Origin: an uncultured bacterium | GTDB taxonomy: Bacteria; Armatimonadota; UBA5829 | Reading direction: 5' to 3' | DNA: 64,000 bases | Assembly: GCA_964494345.1 (NCBI GenBank) | Contig: CAZBSI010000002.1 | Coordinates: 113,830 to 177,829 of the forward strand | Shown here: in pieces, positions 37,922 to 48,465 of the stretch | How the letters are laid out: each line of letters starts with the position of its first letter | How positions within the stretch are numbered: the first letter of the stretch is position 1 | Translations under genes and position numbers: made by a program | Notes under the pieces: generated by a model | Told to the model about the DNA's origin: nothing | The model's input: only the letters and a program-made list of their open reading frames with translations | The model's database searches: none

Positions 37922-38878
37922 TTATTCTCCCGCAGCCTCGTCCTTATGTTCAGAGCGCTTGCCCGATTCCATAAACGCCAACACGTCGGAGAGCTTGAAC
38001 CTGCGCTGATTGCCGGCCGTTCGATAATGTTTCAGCACGCCGCGGTTGGTGTATCTTCGCACCGTGGTCGGGCAGACGTTCAATACGCGCGCGGCCTCTT
38101 CGAGGCTGATAATAGGGTCCAAAAGCCGCTGTATGAGCTGCTCGCGAGTCTCCTTAAAAGTTTTATATGAGTTCTGTGCAATCTCCTCACCAGCCGTTCC
38201 GAACAGGGTCTGCAGGTGATGCGGCATGCGATCCCAGTTGGCCTGCGTTACGTCAGGCACAACGGCCTTAGGCTTTAAGCCGATAGCCACCTCCGGCGAC
38301 GGAACCGGCCTTGGCGGGAGAGGAATCTCTACCGGAGGCCCCGGTTGCAATTTCTCGCGCCGGCTGACAGGCGGCTGCGGCGCCGGTTCCCTGGGCAGCG
38401 GCCGAGGTTGCCCTGTGCCCTCAGACAGCCCGAGACTGCCCTGATCCTCAGCCACCGGCATCTCCTCTACTTTCTCAACTATCTCCGTTTCCTCCGGATC
38501 GTCAAGAACGGACTGCCGGCCGGATCTGCTTAAAAACGAGAAGAAATCCTCAACTTGCGGCGTTTCCTCCTCGCCAAAGAGCTTGCCGGATGCCTGATCG
38601 GTTGAGTCAGCGGAAGACGATGTCTCAATAACGGGGGTCGGCTCTACCACTACCTCGTCAGAATCCACAGTGGCGACCACAGAGATGGGAGCTTCGGCAG
38701 CAGGGGCCTCGATTTGCACCTGGTGAATCTGCTGATCCGGCACGCTCTTCTCGGCGCTTGGCTTGAGATCGTTGTTGGGTTTTGGTTGAGTTGGAGCCTT
38801 TCTGGCCTTTACTTCTTGTTCTTGCTTGTCAACCTGCTTGAACCATTCTCCGAGTTTGTTGTCGTAGTTAGCCATCAA
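37922..38878 (-). CDS. DNA-binding protein with C-terminal excisionase/MerR-type HTH and long acidic Pro/Glu-rich disordered N-terminal region
   Basis: C-terminal LSLEEAARVLNVCPTTVRRYTNRGVLKHYRTAGNQRRFKLSDVLAF matches the HTH_17/excisionase-family helix-turn-helix. The first ~250 aa are low-complexity, P/E/Q/V-rich. Confidence 0.5.
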   Translation of the reverse strand: MMANYDNKLGEWFKQVDKQEQEVKARKAPTQPKPNNDLKPSAEKSVPDQQIHQVQIEAPAAEAPISVVATVDSDEVVVEPTPVIETSSSADSTDQASGKLFGEEETPQVEDFFSFLSRSGRQSVLDDPEETEIVEKVEEMPVAEDQGSLGLSEGTGQPRPLPREPAPQPPVSRREKLQPGPPVEIPLPPRPVPSPEVAIGLKPKAVVPDVTQANWDRMPHHLQTLFGTAGEEIAQNSYKTFKETREQLIQRLLDPIISLEEAARVLNVCPTTVRRYTNRGVLKHYRTAGNQRRFKLSDVLAFMESGKRSEHKDEAAGE

Positions 38879-38887
38879 TATTCTCCC

Positions 38888-39901
38888 TCAAAAAAGCAAC
38901 ATTGCATCGCCGAAGCTGAAAAAGCGGTATCTTTGCCGCACCGCTTCCGCATAAGCGTGTCGAACCAGTTCTGTTCCGCCAAACGCGCTCACCAGCATCA
39001 GCAGAGTGGATTTTGGTATGTGAAAATTAGTAATCAGACCATCGACTATCTTAAACTCATAGCCAGGTCGTATAAATAATTTCGTCTCGGCCTGCGTCGG
39101 CGCTACCCGCCGTTTGCCGATTGCTGCGCTCTCGAGGGCCCTTACGCTTGTGGTGCCTACGCAAATAACCCTTCCCGGCGCCGAATTTATCACCTCCGCG
39201 CATTGCGGGCTTATCGAGAAAGCCTCCGAATGCATGTCGTGATCTTCAACATTCTCCGTGCGGACCGGTCTAAACGTCGCAACCCCAACGTGCAACGTCA
39301 CAAACGCCACCCTAACGCCTTTATCGCGTATCTTCTTCAGCAGGCTATCCGTAAAATGCAGCCCTGCAGTGGGCGCTGCGGCAGAACCATCCGCAGAAGC
39401 GTAGATGGTCTGGTAGCGGTCTTTATCCCCCAATTCTCCGTGAATATACGGCGGCAGCGGCACCTCTCCGATGCGTTCTATAACAGCGTCCGGGTCCGCA
39501 TCCGCATAAAACCGCAGTATACGGCCGCCATCCTCTGTTCTATCGATGACATCCGCCCGCAGCTCGTCGCCGAACCTCAGCCCTGTCCCCACCTGAACCC
39601 GGCGGCCCGGCTTAACCATCGCGTGCCATAAAGCAGGCGCCAAACGCTTCATCAACAAAGCTTCGACAGCCCCGCCTGTCGACTTCGCCCCGAACAGCCT
39701 CACCGCGACAACCCGCGTGTCGTTCATAACCAGCAGATCGTCTTCTCGCAAATAATCGACCACGTCGCTAAACCGGCGATGTTCGATGCTTTGATTTGCC
39801 CTGTCGACCACCAACAGCCTGGAATTGTCCCTTTCGGGCAGGGGCTGCTGCGCGATTAACTCTTCGGGCAGCGTATAATTAAAATCGCTTAGTCGCATCA
39901 C
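38888..39901 (-). CDS. queA: S-adenosylmethionine:tRNA ribosyltransferase-isomerase
   Basis: MRLSDFNYTLPEELIAQQPLPERDNSRLLVV N-terminus, and full-length QueA similarity. Confidence 0.9.
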   Translation of the reverse strand: MMRLSDFNYTLPEELIAQQPLPERDNSRLLVVDRANQSIEHRRFSDVVDYLREDDLLVMNDTRVVAVRLFGAKSTGGAVEALLMKRLAPALWHAMVKPGRRVQVGTGLRFGDELRADVIDRTEDGGRILRFYADADPDAVIERIGEVPLPPYIHGELGDKDRYQTIYASADGSAAAPTAGLHFTDSLLKKIRDKGVRVAFVTLHVGVATFRPVRTENVEDHDMHSEAFSISPQCAEVINSAPGRVICVGTTSVRALESAAIGKRRVAPTQAETKLFIRPGYEFKIVDGLITNFHIPKSTLLMLVSAFGGTELVRHAYAEAVRQRYRFFSFGDAMLLF

Positions 39902-40183
39902 ACTCTCTGAGCCTTACTTTCCAGGCACAGAGCAGTGTACAACTTCTCTCGCACAAACCTATACGGCGGGCTGCCTGTGCATGTGATTGTAAGGTCTTAA
40001 CAAGCCAAAGTCAAGGGAATTACAGTGTAATTTAATGCCAAGTTTCACTCACGGATACAGCACGTAAAATACGAAATAACCACAATTGTCGCGGCTTATC
40101 GCACAGGACTGTAATCCGGTAGACGTACAAACAAAATAGCCTAAAATAATAGGTAATAAGCTACAAAATTGGTCTGTTGTCGC

Positions 40184-41008
40184 CTAACCTTTGCTGTAGA
40201 GTTGAACGGGGTAGAGCGCGCTGCGGTGTTGTTCAAAACTCGCGGGATTGTCGTATATCAGCAGGCAGTTTGTAATCGATCGGCTCGGGTTGGAAATAAG
40301 TTTTCCGGCATAATATAACCCGGTCGAGGAGCCGCCGTCCAGCCCCGCTGCATCGACGCATCCCAGCGCCTGCATCGCTTTGGCGAGCTGGCTGAGATAA
40401 GTCTTGCGGGTGGTGGTCACCAATACCAGCTTATTAGCCCTGGTCACACCGATTCCCGTGCGGATGCGAGGTGAAAAATGCACGCTGCTTCGAAATCCCT
40501 GGTCGCGCGGATATACCGCCCATTTGCCGCCGCTAAGCAGGCTCGGCCCTGCCGAAAGCACTGACTGGTAATCGCTCCAGTTATATTTTTGGCTGTTTAC
40601 AAACGTCACCGAGTTGCTCTCGCCGAAAGCCACTGCTGTGCCGAGATAGCCTCCGTGGATGAGTTGTCCGTCTATGACTATATCCCCGGTGGGTTTAAAT
40701 GTGCGAGTGCAGAAAAAAGTGCCGTCTATAGCGGCGGCGGGCCGGGTCCGGCGCAGCATTGATCGGAAAGACTCTGTGGTGCCGATGCCGTTTTTTGCTA
40801 TCAACGGGGTGACGCGCACGTCCGGACTGTTGAGGTTTGCCGTGATTATGTGCACCCATACGCCGGCGACTTTCGCTTTTCTATACGACACATTGCTTGC
40901 GGCAAAGCAAGATTGCAGAGAAGACAAAAACACTAATACAAATATCAGGCTAAGCGGGAAAAGACTGCGGTTTTGCACTTGGGCCTCCATGCTCATATAC
41001 GCAAGCAA
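40184..41008 (-). CDS. secreted phosphodiester glycosidase family protein (NAGPA-like)
   Basis: Signal peptide. C-terminal GLDGGSSTGLYY motif typical of the phosphodiester glycosidase domain. Confidence 0.65.
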   Translation of the reverse strand: MLAYMSMEAQVQNRSLFPLSLIFVLVFLSSLQSCFAASNVSYRKAKVAGVWVHIITANLNSPDVRVTPLIAKNGIGTTESFRSMLRRTRPAAAIDGTFFCTRTFKPTGDIVIDGQLIHGGYLGTAVAFGESNSVTFVNSQKYNWSDYQSVLSAGPSLLSGGKWAVYPRDQGFRSSVHFSPRIRTGIGVTRANKLVLVTTTRKTYLSQLAKAMQALGCVDAAGLDGGSSTGLYYAGKLISNPSRSITNCLLIYDNPASFEQHRSALYPVQLYSKG

Positions 41009-41176
41009 TAGCGGTTATCTTCATAATAGCACAACCGTACCGTGACGGTCAATATCTGTTGCGTAGTACCGCAGACCGATCAAAATATATGGCAAGCAGA
41101 CACAATATATTCTTCACAATCGAAAATATTGCCGGCGGGTATGGGTGGCGATACCGCAATCGCCACCCGCATGATC

Positions 41177-41740
41177 TTATCGTTCCGGTTCCAGATACTT
41201 CTCATCGAGCCGATCCAGCAACGCGTGATAAGCCTCGTGCACACCTGGCCCAATGCGCTGTTCCTCTATCTCGTCGAAGCCCTTGGCCAGCGCCTCGTGC
41301 TGGTCGGCAGGAAGATACTGCTCCGCCATCGGAAACAGCACATTGTTTTCCTTAAAAATATGAGCGGTCAGCAGCCCTGCATACCCCCGGGCCCCGGCAG
41401 CAAATTGAGATCTGGCCGCCGGATCGTTGGCACGCAGTCCCGGCAACGACTCGGCCATAGTGGCGATGTGTTTTCGACCCTGCACGTGATCGTCCAGCAT
41501 CACTCCGATAGGCCCTCCCTGCCTGGGAATGCCAACGGCTTCCAGCGCCGGAAACAACAAGTCTTCTTCCTTGCCGTGGTGGCATTTATCGGCGAAAGTG
41601 CGCAAAAAGTCGACGGTTTGCTCGATGTCGTCGATATCGAGAGGCTTGTTTTCGTCGGCATCGTCGGCCAGGCGCTCAAGAACCGCCAGCGCGACCTTTA
41701 TGCCCTCATGCTCTTTGCGCAGATCATCAGTTGCGTACAT
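41177..41740 (-). CDS. hemerythrin-like (HHE cation-binding) domain protein
   Basis: H..HxxxE pattern (LRKEHEGIKVAL.., HHGKEEDLLFP, HIFKENNVLFP). Start at ATG 41740 with GGAGGAGG 8 nt upstream. The ORF-track extension to 41788 is rejected. Confidence 0.7.
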   Translation of the reverse strand: MYATDDLRKEHEGIKVALAVLERLADDADENKPLDIDDIEQTVDFLRTFADKCHHGKEEDLLFPALEAVGIPRQGGPIGVMLDDHVQGRKHIATMAESLPGLRANDPAARSQFAAGARGYAGLLTAHIFKENNVLFPMAEQYLPADQHEALAKGFDEIEEQRIGPGVHEAYHALLDRLDEKYLEPER

Positions 41741-42016
41741 AAAGAAACCTCCTCCGAAAGAGGCCATACTCCGACCCCAGCCTTGCACATTTAGTGTTGA
41801 GATTATTCTTCCAACAGAACTCCACTATGAAACCCGTTTGCAAGGAAATGTTGGAGCAGGCCGCAAATAAGCAGGAATTTAGTCCCCGTAGATTACGCAT
41901 CCCATAGATTCCGCGAATGACGGGGTTTTCGGTCGTAAAATATGCCGACCAGGCGTATACTGTTGATGTGTTGGGTATAGTTATTGCTGAAGTAATCATA
42001 TCAGGAGGAATTTGTT

Positions 42017-42253
42017 ATGGCAGATAAGCACGTAACCGTCTATTCCACTCCCACTTGTCCCTATTGTCACCAGGTGAAGGACTATCTGAAGCAAAAGGGC
42101 GTTGACTTTACCGATCTCAACGTGGCCTCCGACCTTGAGGCACGAAATAATATGGTGCAGAAATCGGGTCAGCTTGGGGTTCCGGTGATCGATGTCGATG
42201 GGCAGATGGTCGTAGGATTCAATCGCGCCAAACTCGAAGAGCTTCTCGGTTGA
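42017..42253 (+). CDS. glutaredoxin-like protein
   Basis: 78 aa with a CPYC active site and a thioredoxin fold. Immediately upstream of trxB. Confidence 0.8.
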   Translation: MADKHVTVYSTPTCPYCHQVKDYLKQKGVDFTDLNVASDLEARNNMVQKSGQLGVPVIDVDGQMVVGFNRAKLEELLG

Positions 42254-42275
42254 GTATTCGAATGTGAGGTAAAAT

Positions 42276-43232
42276 ATGCCGGAGAAGACTCATTACGACC
42301 TGATCGTCCTCGGCGCGGGGCCGGCGGGGATGACCGCGGTCGTCTATGCCGCTCGAAAGCAGATCGATACGCTGATCATCTCAGACGACATCGGCGGCCA
42401 GACTTTGTGGAGCGCGGGGATAGAGAACTATCTTGGGTTTATGTTTATAACCGGGCCGGAATTGGTTCGGAAATTCGAGGAACACGTGCGTGCGTTCGAT
42501 GTTCCGCAGGAATATACCCGCGTCTCCAGCCTGCTGCGCGACGGGGACAAATTCAGCATACATACTGATGATGGTCGAGTTTTTACTGCGAGAGCGGTTA
42601 TCGTGGCTACGGGAAAGTCCCCTAAGATGCTCGGCGTGCCTGGGGAAAAGGAGCTTATCGGACGTGGGGTGGCGTATTGTGCGACCTGCGATGCCCCTTT
42701 ATTTGCAGGACATAACGTGGCTGTGGTGGGCGGCGGCAATTCCGGCCTGGATGCGGTAATCCAGTTGATGGGGTTGTGCCCTAAGGTCTATCTTATCGAA
42801 CACTCGCCTGCGCTTCGCGCCGACGCGGTGGTGGTAAAAAAAGCCGAAGCCGCAGATAATGTTGAGGTTCTCACGAACACATCGGTGAAAGAAATAATCG
42901 GCGCCGATTTCGTTGAGGGTATTAAAATCGACAGCGCCAATGGAGGCAACCCGCGACAACTCGATGTTAAGGGAATCTTTATCGAGATCGGCCTGAGTCC
43001 GAACACCAGCTTCTTAGACCAACTCGTGCGTTTGAACCCGCAAGGGGAGGTTCCGGTGGACTGCGCCGCTCGCACGGGGGTTCCGGGCTTGTATGCCGCC
43101 GGAGATGTGACCGATGTGCCCGAAAAGCAGATCATTATCGCGGCGGGTGACGGGGCAAAGGCCGCGCTGGGCGCGTATGCTTATCTGCTAAGGCTGCCAA
43201 TTGTCGATGATTGGGGACCGATGATCTCGTGA
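42276..43232 (+). CDS. trxB: thioredoxin-disulfide reductase
   Basis: FAD motif DLIVLGAGPAG, redox-active CATC, and NADPH motif VAVVGGGNSG. Confidence 0.9.
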   Translation: MPEKTHYDLIVLGAGPAGMTAVVYAARKQIDTLIISDDIGGQTLWSAGIENYLGFMFITGPELVRKFEEHVRAFDVPQEYTRVSSLLRDGDKFSIHTDDGRVFTARAVIVATGKSPKMLGVPGEKELIGRGVAYCATCDAPLFAGHNVAVVGGGNSGLDAVIQLMGLCPKVYLIEHSPALRADAVVVKKAEAADNVEVLTNTSVKEIIGADFVEGIKIDSANGGNPRQLDVKGIFIEIGLSPNTSFLDQLVRLNPQGEVPVDCAARTGVPGLYAAGDVTDVPEKQIIIAAGDGAKAALGAYAYLLRLPIVDDWGPMIS

Positions 43233-44380
43233 TTGGGGCTGTGCGGTCGGCGTATGTGCATATTCCGTTTTGCGTGTCGAAGTGCTGGTATTGTGACTTC
43301 AATTCATATTGCGGCTTGGAATCGCTATATGAGGGCTATGTTCGCGCGCTGATTGCAGAGATCAACAGCACTGCACCACACTCGGAGAATAATCTTCAGA
43401 CCATCTATTTTGGAGGCGGAACCCCGACCGTGCTGCCCGAAGACGATCTGATCCGGGTTTTGGATACGCTGTGTGAGAGGTTCGGCATCTCGGAGACCGC
43501 CGAGGTAACCATCGAAGCGAATCCAGGCACGGTGAGTCTTCGCGGGCTGAAAATGTTGCATAAGGCCGGGTTCAACAGAATCAGCCTCGGAATACAGTCC
43601 CTCGACGACGACTTCCTGCGCGGCATCGGGCGAACGCATACGCGCCTGCAGGCGATTGCAGCGTATAATTACGCTCGCGAGGCCGGGTTCGATAACGCCG
43701 GGGTGGATCTAATATTCGCCCTGCCTGGACAGAGCCTGACGCACTTCGCCGATACTCTCGAAAGCGTTATGGAACTAAGCCCAAGACCCGGACACGTCTC
43801 CCTTTATGAACTCTCCATAGAGGAGGGGACCCGTTTTGCGGAGTTGTGTGCGCAGGGGGGGCTTCCGGTGGTCGACGAAGAGCTGCGATTGCAGATGTAT
43901 GAGTGCGCCATAGATCGGCTTACACAAGCTGGTTATGAGCACTACGAGGTCTCCAATTTCGCGCTGCCGGGGTTCCGGTCGCAGCATAATCTGACCTATT
44001 GGCGGAACGAGCCGTATTATGGCTTTGGGGCCGGGGCCAGCAGCTATGTAGATGGAACGAGAAGCCGACGCGTCCCGGACCCGCGAAAGTATATTGAGGC
44101 AGTTGACAGCGGTTCCGAGTTGATGGAGTTTTCTGAGACCCTCAGCCCCATTGCCCGCCTCGGAGAGACGATAATTCAGGGGCTGAGGATGCTCGAAGGC
44201 GTCGATCTCAATTATATCGAAACCGAAACAGGCCTTAATCCGCGACTGATATATCAAACCGAGATCGAATCTCTGTTGCGCAAGGGTCTAATCGATGTTG
44301 CGGCTGACCATATGCGCGTAACTCACGCCGGGCTGCTGTTGCTCAACGACGTATCTCAGGAGTTCGCTGTAATATCCTGA
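43211..44380 (+). CDS. hemW: radical SAM family heme chaperone HemW (coproporphyrinogen III oxidase-like)
   Basis: CxxxCxYC radical SAM motif (CVSKCWYCDF), with a HemN_C-like C-terminus. The start may instead be GTG 43229. Confidence 0.85.
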   Translation: MGTDDLVIGAVRSAYVHIPFCVSKCWYCDFNSYCGLESLYEGYVRALIAEINSTAPHSENNLQTIYFGGGTPTVLPEDDLIRVLDTLCERFGISETAEVTIEANPGTVSLRGLKMLHKAGFNRISLGIQSLDDDFLRGIGRTHTRLQAIAAYNYAREAGFDNAGVDLIFALPGQSLTHFADTLESVMELSPRPGHVSLYELSIEEGTRFAELCAQGGLPVVDEELRLQMYECAIDRLTQAGYEHYEVSNFALPGFRSQHNLTYWRNEPYYGFGAGASSYVDGTRSRRVPDPRKYIEAVDSGSELMEFSETLSPIARLGETIIQGLRMLEGVDLNYIETETGLNPRLIYQTEIESLLRKGLIDVAADHMRVTHAGLLLLNDVSQEFAVIS

Positions 44381-44383
44381 GCG

Positions 44384-45115
44384 CTACGGTTTTTTGTGCT
44401 GCAGGAACCAATCTCCGAGGTTTTCGTTGCGATAGGCGTTATCCCAGCTATTGTGACCGACTCCCGGATAGATCGTCAATTTGCAGTTGCCTCCTGCGGC
44501 GTTGATCCATCTTTCCATCTCGCGACTGCGCTCGACATCGACTGCTTTATCGTGGTCGCCATGAAAAGTCCAAATCGGCAGTTTGACAACTTTTTTCGCT
44601 ATCTCTTCATCAGCCCAACCACACACGGGCGCGATGGCGGCGAAAAGATCCGGATGGCGGGCAGCTATGGCCCATGTGCCGTGACCGCCCTGAGAAAGGC
44701 CCGTGAGATACAGTCGGGAGAGGTCTATGTTGTAATCCTTTTTCGCCTGCTCGAAGACAGCCATCGCCATCGGCTCCTCGTCCTCCCACAGCGACTCCGA
44801 GTCTTGCTTCTGCGGGAACAGGACTATAAACGGCCATTTGTCGGAATCGAGCATAATCGCGCCGCCAAAGTGATAGCACTGCCTCAGCCCGTCGGAGCCG
44901 CATTCTCCCTTGCCGTTAAGGAACAGAATAGTCGGCATCGGCTTTGCCGGATCGTAGGAGAGAGGCGCGTAGACCGCGTAGTTCATCTCCTTGTCATCGA
45001 CTTTTATGGTCTTCATGATGAACCCACGCTGAACATCCTTTTGTTTTGCCGATACCGGGCATGCGTTCATCAGGATCAGCATAATCGCCACGACGAAAAT
45101 TATCGATTGAGTCAT
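44384..45115 (-). CDS. secreted alpha/beta-hydrolase esterase
   Basis: Signal peptide. Nucleophile elbow GLSQGG. A downstream Asp and the His in GVGHNSWD give a catalytic triad arrangement like PHB depolymerase or carboxylesterase. Confidence 0.65.
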   Translation of the reverse strand: MTQSIIFVVAIMLILMNACPVSAKQKDVQRGFIMKTIKVDDKEMNYAVYAPLSYDPAKPMPTILFLNGKGECGSDGLRQCYHFGGAIMLDSDKWPFIVLFPQKQDSESLWEDEEPMAMAVFEQAKKDYNIDLSRLYLTGLSQGGHGTWAIAARHPDLFAAIAPVCGWADEEIAKKVVKLPIWTFHGDHDKAVDVERSREMERWINAAGGNCKLTIYPGVGHNSWDNAYRNENLGDWFLQHKKP

Positions 45116-45198
45116 AGCACAAAACCCCCTCGTTTGGCTGTCTAATTATATCACGCGTGCGTTGTCGTGAGCTTGAATCTTAGACCATTCAGATCAAT

Positions 45199-45717
45199 CT
45201 AATTATACACGCTATCAACCAGCCACCTGCGCCCATTCTTGACCAGGTTGATCGGTATCTGCCGCTCCCGTTGATCAGGGTATTTCAAGGTCACAATCAC
45301 AACGGCGTGCCCTGCCGAGGGATACGCGGCGTCGCCTACGGTATATGTCGCCTCGTTGTTGTGTATCTCATCGAAGAAATAATCCGACAGCGCGTGAGTG
45401 TCGGAGACCCCCGGCTGCATACGCGAATTAAAGGCGTCGGTATGATAACCGGCAGCTTTGCCGCATGACCTCTGAGCCATCGCGTCGAACCACTCCGTGG
45501 CGATAACATTCGGCGGTATTGTCCTGAATATGTGGCACAGCAGCAAAATGACCAGCAATAACCCCACGCCCGCCGCAGCATATTTCACTCTGGCAGACGG
45601 CTTCCACGCCTCCTTTGTCTCGACGTGAAAATGCCCCCCGGCAGCCGTTCGAGCGCCGCACACGATACATACTTTTTGTTCTGAACGCAGATCAGCGCCG
45701 CATTTGACGCATTTCAA
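45199..45717 (-). CDS. hypothetical membrane-anchored protein with N-terminal zinc ribbon
   Basis: MKCVKCGADL...VCIVCGA, a CxxC-N12-CxxC motif, followed by one TM helix. Confidence 0.4.
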   Translation of the reverse strand: MKCVKCGADLRSEQKVCIVCGARTAAGGHFHVETKEAWKPSARVKYAAAGVGLLLVILLLCHIFRTIPPNVIATEWFDAMAQRSCGKAAGYHTDAFNSRMQPGVSDTHALSDYFFDEIHNNEATYTVGDAAYPSAGHAVVIVTLKYPDQRERQIPINLVKNGRRWLVDSVYN

Positions 45718-45738
45718 GTATCATCACCTCTTAAACGA

Positions 45739-46908
45739 TTACAACCGTTCGATTACACTCGCCCCGTCTTCAGCAGTGCAGACGTAAAGCGATGGGGAGA
45801 GTTGCGTTTTCTTATGATATTCTACGGCAACAACCTCTAGGAATTGTTCCACGTAATCGTCTTTTACCAGACTCACAGTACATCCGCCGAACCCCGCGCC
45901 TGCCATTCTGCCCGCCAGCGACCCCGGCGCGGCGCGAGTCACTTCCACCATCGCCTCCAACTCCGGGCAACTGACCTCATAAAGGTCTCTCGCGGAATCG
46001 TGGGATGCGTTCATCAGCCTGCCGAACTCGACAAAATCCCCGTCCTGCAAAACCTGCCTGCTGCGTAGCACGCGCTCGTTTTCTCCGACCACATGCGCCA
46101 CCCGCTTGCCGACCACCTCAGGCAGATCGGATTTATGAGCCTCATACATCTCCGAACTCACATCCCGCAGAGCCTTAACTTCAGGATACCACCCCGCAAA
46201 CAGCCTGGCCCCTTCCTCGCACTGGCTTCTGCGCAGGTCGTATTCGCTGTCCACCAACCCCCGCCGCTTCATGGTGTCACAGACCACTATCTTAACTCGC
46301 GACGTATCCAGCGGCACATACTCATATTCCAAAGTGCGACAGTCCAAAAACAGCGCAGAATCTTTCTTGCCGAGCCTGGAGATAAACTGATCCATTATCC
46401 CCGTATTGACCCCGACGAACTTGTTTTCCGCCTTTTGACCTATCAGAGCCAAATCCGGGCCGCTCATCTCAAATCCATTGAGAGTCTGCATCAAAAACCC
46501 GGTCGCCATCTCAATCGCCGCCGAGCTGGAAAGCCCGGAACCTATCGGCACGTTGCCGTGAATGACCATATCCGCGCCGCACAGCGCCACGCCCGACTCC
46601 TGCAAAAAGTGGATCACCCCGCGGACATAGTTGCTCCACGTGTTAACGTTGTCGAACTCGATGGAATCCAGATCAAACTCGACCAATTGCTCGAAGTTGG
46701 CGGAATAGACCGCGATCTTTCTATCCTCGCGCAGCCTGCCCCCCGCCAACACGTCGACATTCACAGCCACCGGCAGTACGAAGCCATCGTTGTAGTCCGT
46801 ATGGCTTCCCATTAAGTCAACGCGCCCAGGCCCCTTTACTATTGCTTGCATCGACGATTCGAATATTTTCGAAAAATCCTCTTTAATACGCCTTATGCGA
46901 TCAGGCAT
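45739..46908 (-). CDS. galK: galactokinase (GHMP kinase)
   Basis: GPGRVDLMGSHTDYNDGFVLPVAV galactokinase signature. GHMP motif PIGSGLSSSAA. C-terminal GAGFGGCTVSLV. Start at ATG 46908. Confidence 0.9.
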   Translation of the reverse strand: MPDRIRRIKEDFSKIFESSMQAIVKGPGRVDLMGSHTDYNDGFVLPVAVNVDVLAGGRLREDRKIAVYSANFEQLVEFDLDSIEFDNVNTWSNYVRGVIHFLQESGVALCGADMVIHGNVPIGSGLSSSAAIEMATGFLMQTLNGFEMSGPDLALIGQKAENKFVGVNTGIMDQFISRLGKKDSALFLDCRTLEYEYVPLDTSRVKIVVCDTMKRRGLVDSEYDLRRSQCEEGARLFAGWYPEVKALRDVSSEMYEAHKSDLPEVVGKRVAHVVGENERVLRSRQVLQDGDFVEFGRLMNASHDSARDLYEVSCPELEAMVEVTRAAPGSLAGRMAGAGFGGCTVSLVKDDYVEQFLEVVAVEYHKKTQLSPSLYVCTAEDGASVIERL

Positions 46909-48406
46909 TATCCTCTGCTTTCCCCTGCGCCGATTTGAGCGACTCCCGTATTCGCTGAGGCACCCTTGCCAGCGCCTGTGTCCATTCTTTATTTGCTTTC
47001 TCGACACGACGGATCAGGATATGCCCATACGCGCTGTAGGCCCACTTTCTCGCCCTGCGCTCGATCTCCCAGCGCGCCCTCTTCCACTTGCCCTTCAGCA
47101 AATTCAAATTGAGCTTCGCCAGAAACTTAAACGAATCCGCCCCGATCAGCAGCCGTATGCACTCACGTATGCTGTAGAAGCACTTCATAGCTCTGAACGC
47201 CTCTCGCTGGAGTTCATACGGGCTTATCTCACGCGGCTCGTATACTACGTGGTGGCCGTCATACAACTGCCAATCCCTGGTGAGCAGCCGATCCTGTCGT
47301 TCTAACTCATGATAGTAGACAGTACCGGGCAGGGGTGTCAAGGTCATAAACTGTACGGTATCAATTTGATGCTTGATCGCAAATTGTACGGTCTTGCGGA
47401 TGCTCTGGGTGGTGTCGTTTTCAGCCCCCAAAACGAACATACCGTGGACTATTATCCCGTGCTCATGCAGCACGCGCACGGCCTCAGCCATCTGCTCGAC
47501 GGTCTCTTTTTTGTTGTATTCCTTCAGCGTTTCCTCATCAGCAGACTCAAAGCCGACATACACCACCCAGCAATTCGACTGCTGAAACAGCCTCATAAGC
47601 TCCCTGTCGTGCACAGCATCGGCCCTGATTTGCGCCGACCAGGGCTTTGTCAGCCCCTTCGACATCATAAGTTCCAACAGCGCCTTGGTGCGTTTCGGAT
47701 TCGCTACAAAGTTGTCGTCGTAGAAAAAAGTCAATTTCTGTTCGCGGGTGAGCATCTCATCGGCGACACTTTCGATACTGCGATACCGGCACGCCTTGCC
47801 GAACATCCCCGTCACGCTGCAGAAACTACAATCAAACGGGCAGCCTCGCGATGTCTGAACAGGCGAAATGCTGATCCTCTCCGAACCCTTAATCAACGAA
47901 AGATCGGGAAACGGCAGTGAGTCCAGATCCTTCACCCGCCCCCGGTCTTCGTTGTGGATAACCTCGTCGCCTGCTCTGAACGAAAGTCCTTTTATGTCTT
48001 TCAGCCCATCCCCACCCGATTCCAGCGCGTCAACGAGCTCGACTATGGTTTGTTCGCCCTCTCCACGCACGCAATACTCCCCGTGCTCCAGGGCCTCGTT
48101 CGATGAAAAAGTAACGTGAGAGCCACCGAACACAATGGGAATACCCGCCTGCCGGACACGATCAGCGATCCGGTAGGCTTCCGGCGCGGTGGAGGTGGTA
48201 GTGGAGATGCCGACCAAATCGCTCGACAACACTTCGTCGTAGTCGACAGGATGAAAATCCTGGCAGTAGATGGAGACTTCTATCCCCTTGTTTCTCAGAA
48301 TCGCACCGAGAATCGGCAGCCCCAGCCTGGGCAATGGAAAAAGGCTGTAGACGTGAAAGCCCGGTGGGCGAGGTTCGATAAGAGTGACCTTTCGTATGCG
48401 TCTCAA
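46901..48406 (-). CDS. B12-binding domain-containing radical SAM protein (class B-like)
   Basis: N-terminal cobalamin-binding-like Rossmann region (VGISTTTSTAPEAYRIADRVRQAGIPIVFGG). Radical SAM CPFDCSFC. Its stop overlaps the galK start by 8 nt. Confidence 0.8.
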   Translation of the reverse strand: MRRIRKVTLIEPRPPGFHVYSLFPLPRLGLPILGAILRNKGIEVSIYCQDFHPVDYDEVLSSDLVGISTTTSTAPEAYRIADRVRQAGIPIVFGGSHVTFSSNEALEHGEYCVRGEGEQTIVELVDALESGGDGLKDIKGLSFRAGDEVIHNEDRGRVKDLDSLPFPDLSLIKGSERISISPVQTSRGCPFDCSFCSVTGMFGKACRYRSIESVADEMLTREQKLTFFYDDNFVANPKRTKALLELMMSKGLTKPWSAQIRADAVHDRELMRLFQQSNCWVVYVGFESADEETLKEYNKKETVEQMAEAVRVLHEHGIIVHGMFVLGAENDTTQSIRKTVQFAIKHQIDTVQFMTLTPLPGTVYYHELERQDRLLTRDWQLYDGHHVVYEPREISPYELQREAFRAMKCFYSIRECIRLLIGADSFKFLAKLNLNLLKGKWKRARWEIERRARKWAYSAYGHILIRRVEKANKEWTQALARVPQRIRESLKSAQGKAEDNA

Positions 48407-48465
48407 AGCGCTCCCCCTCTTTTCCTCGCCCCGTACGGTTGGTTATGAGTATAGGAGCCGGCCGC

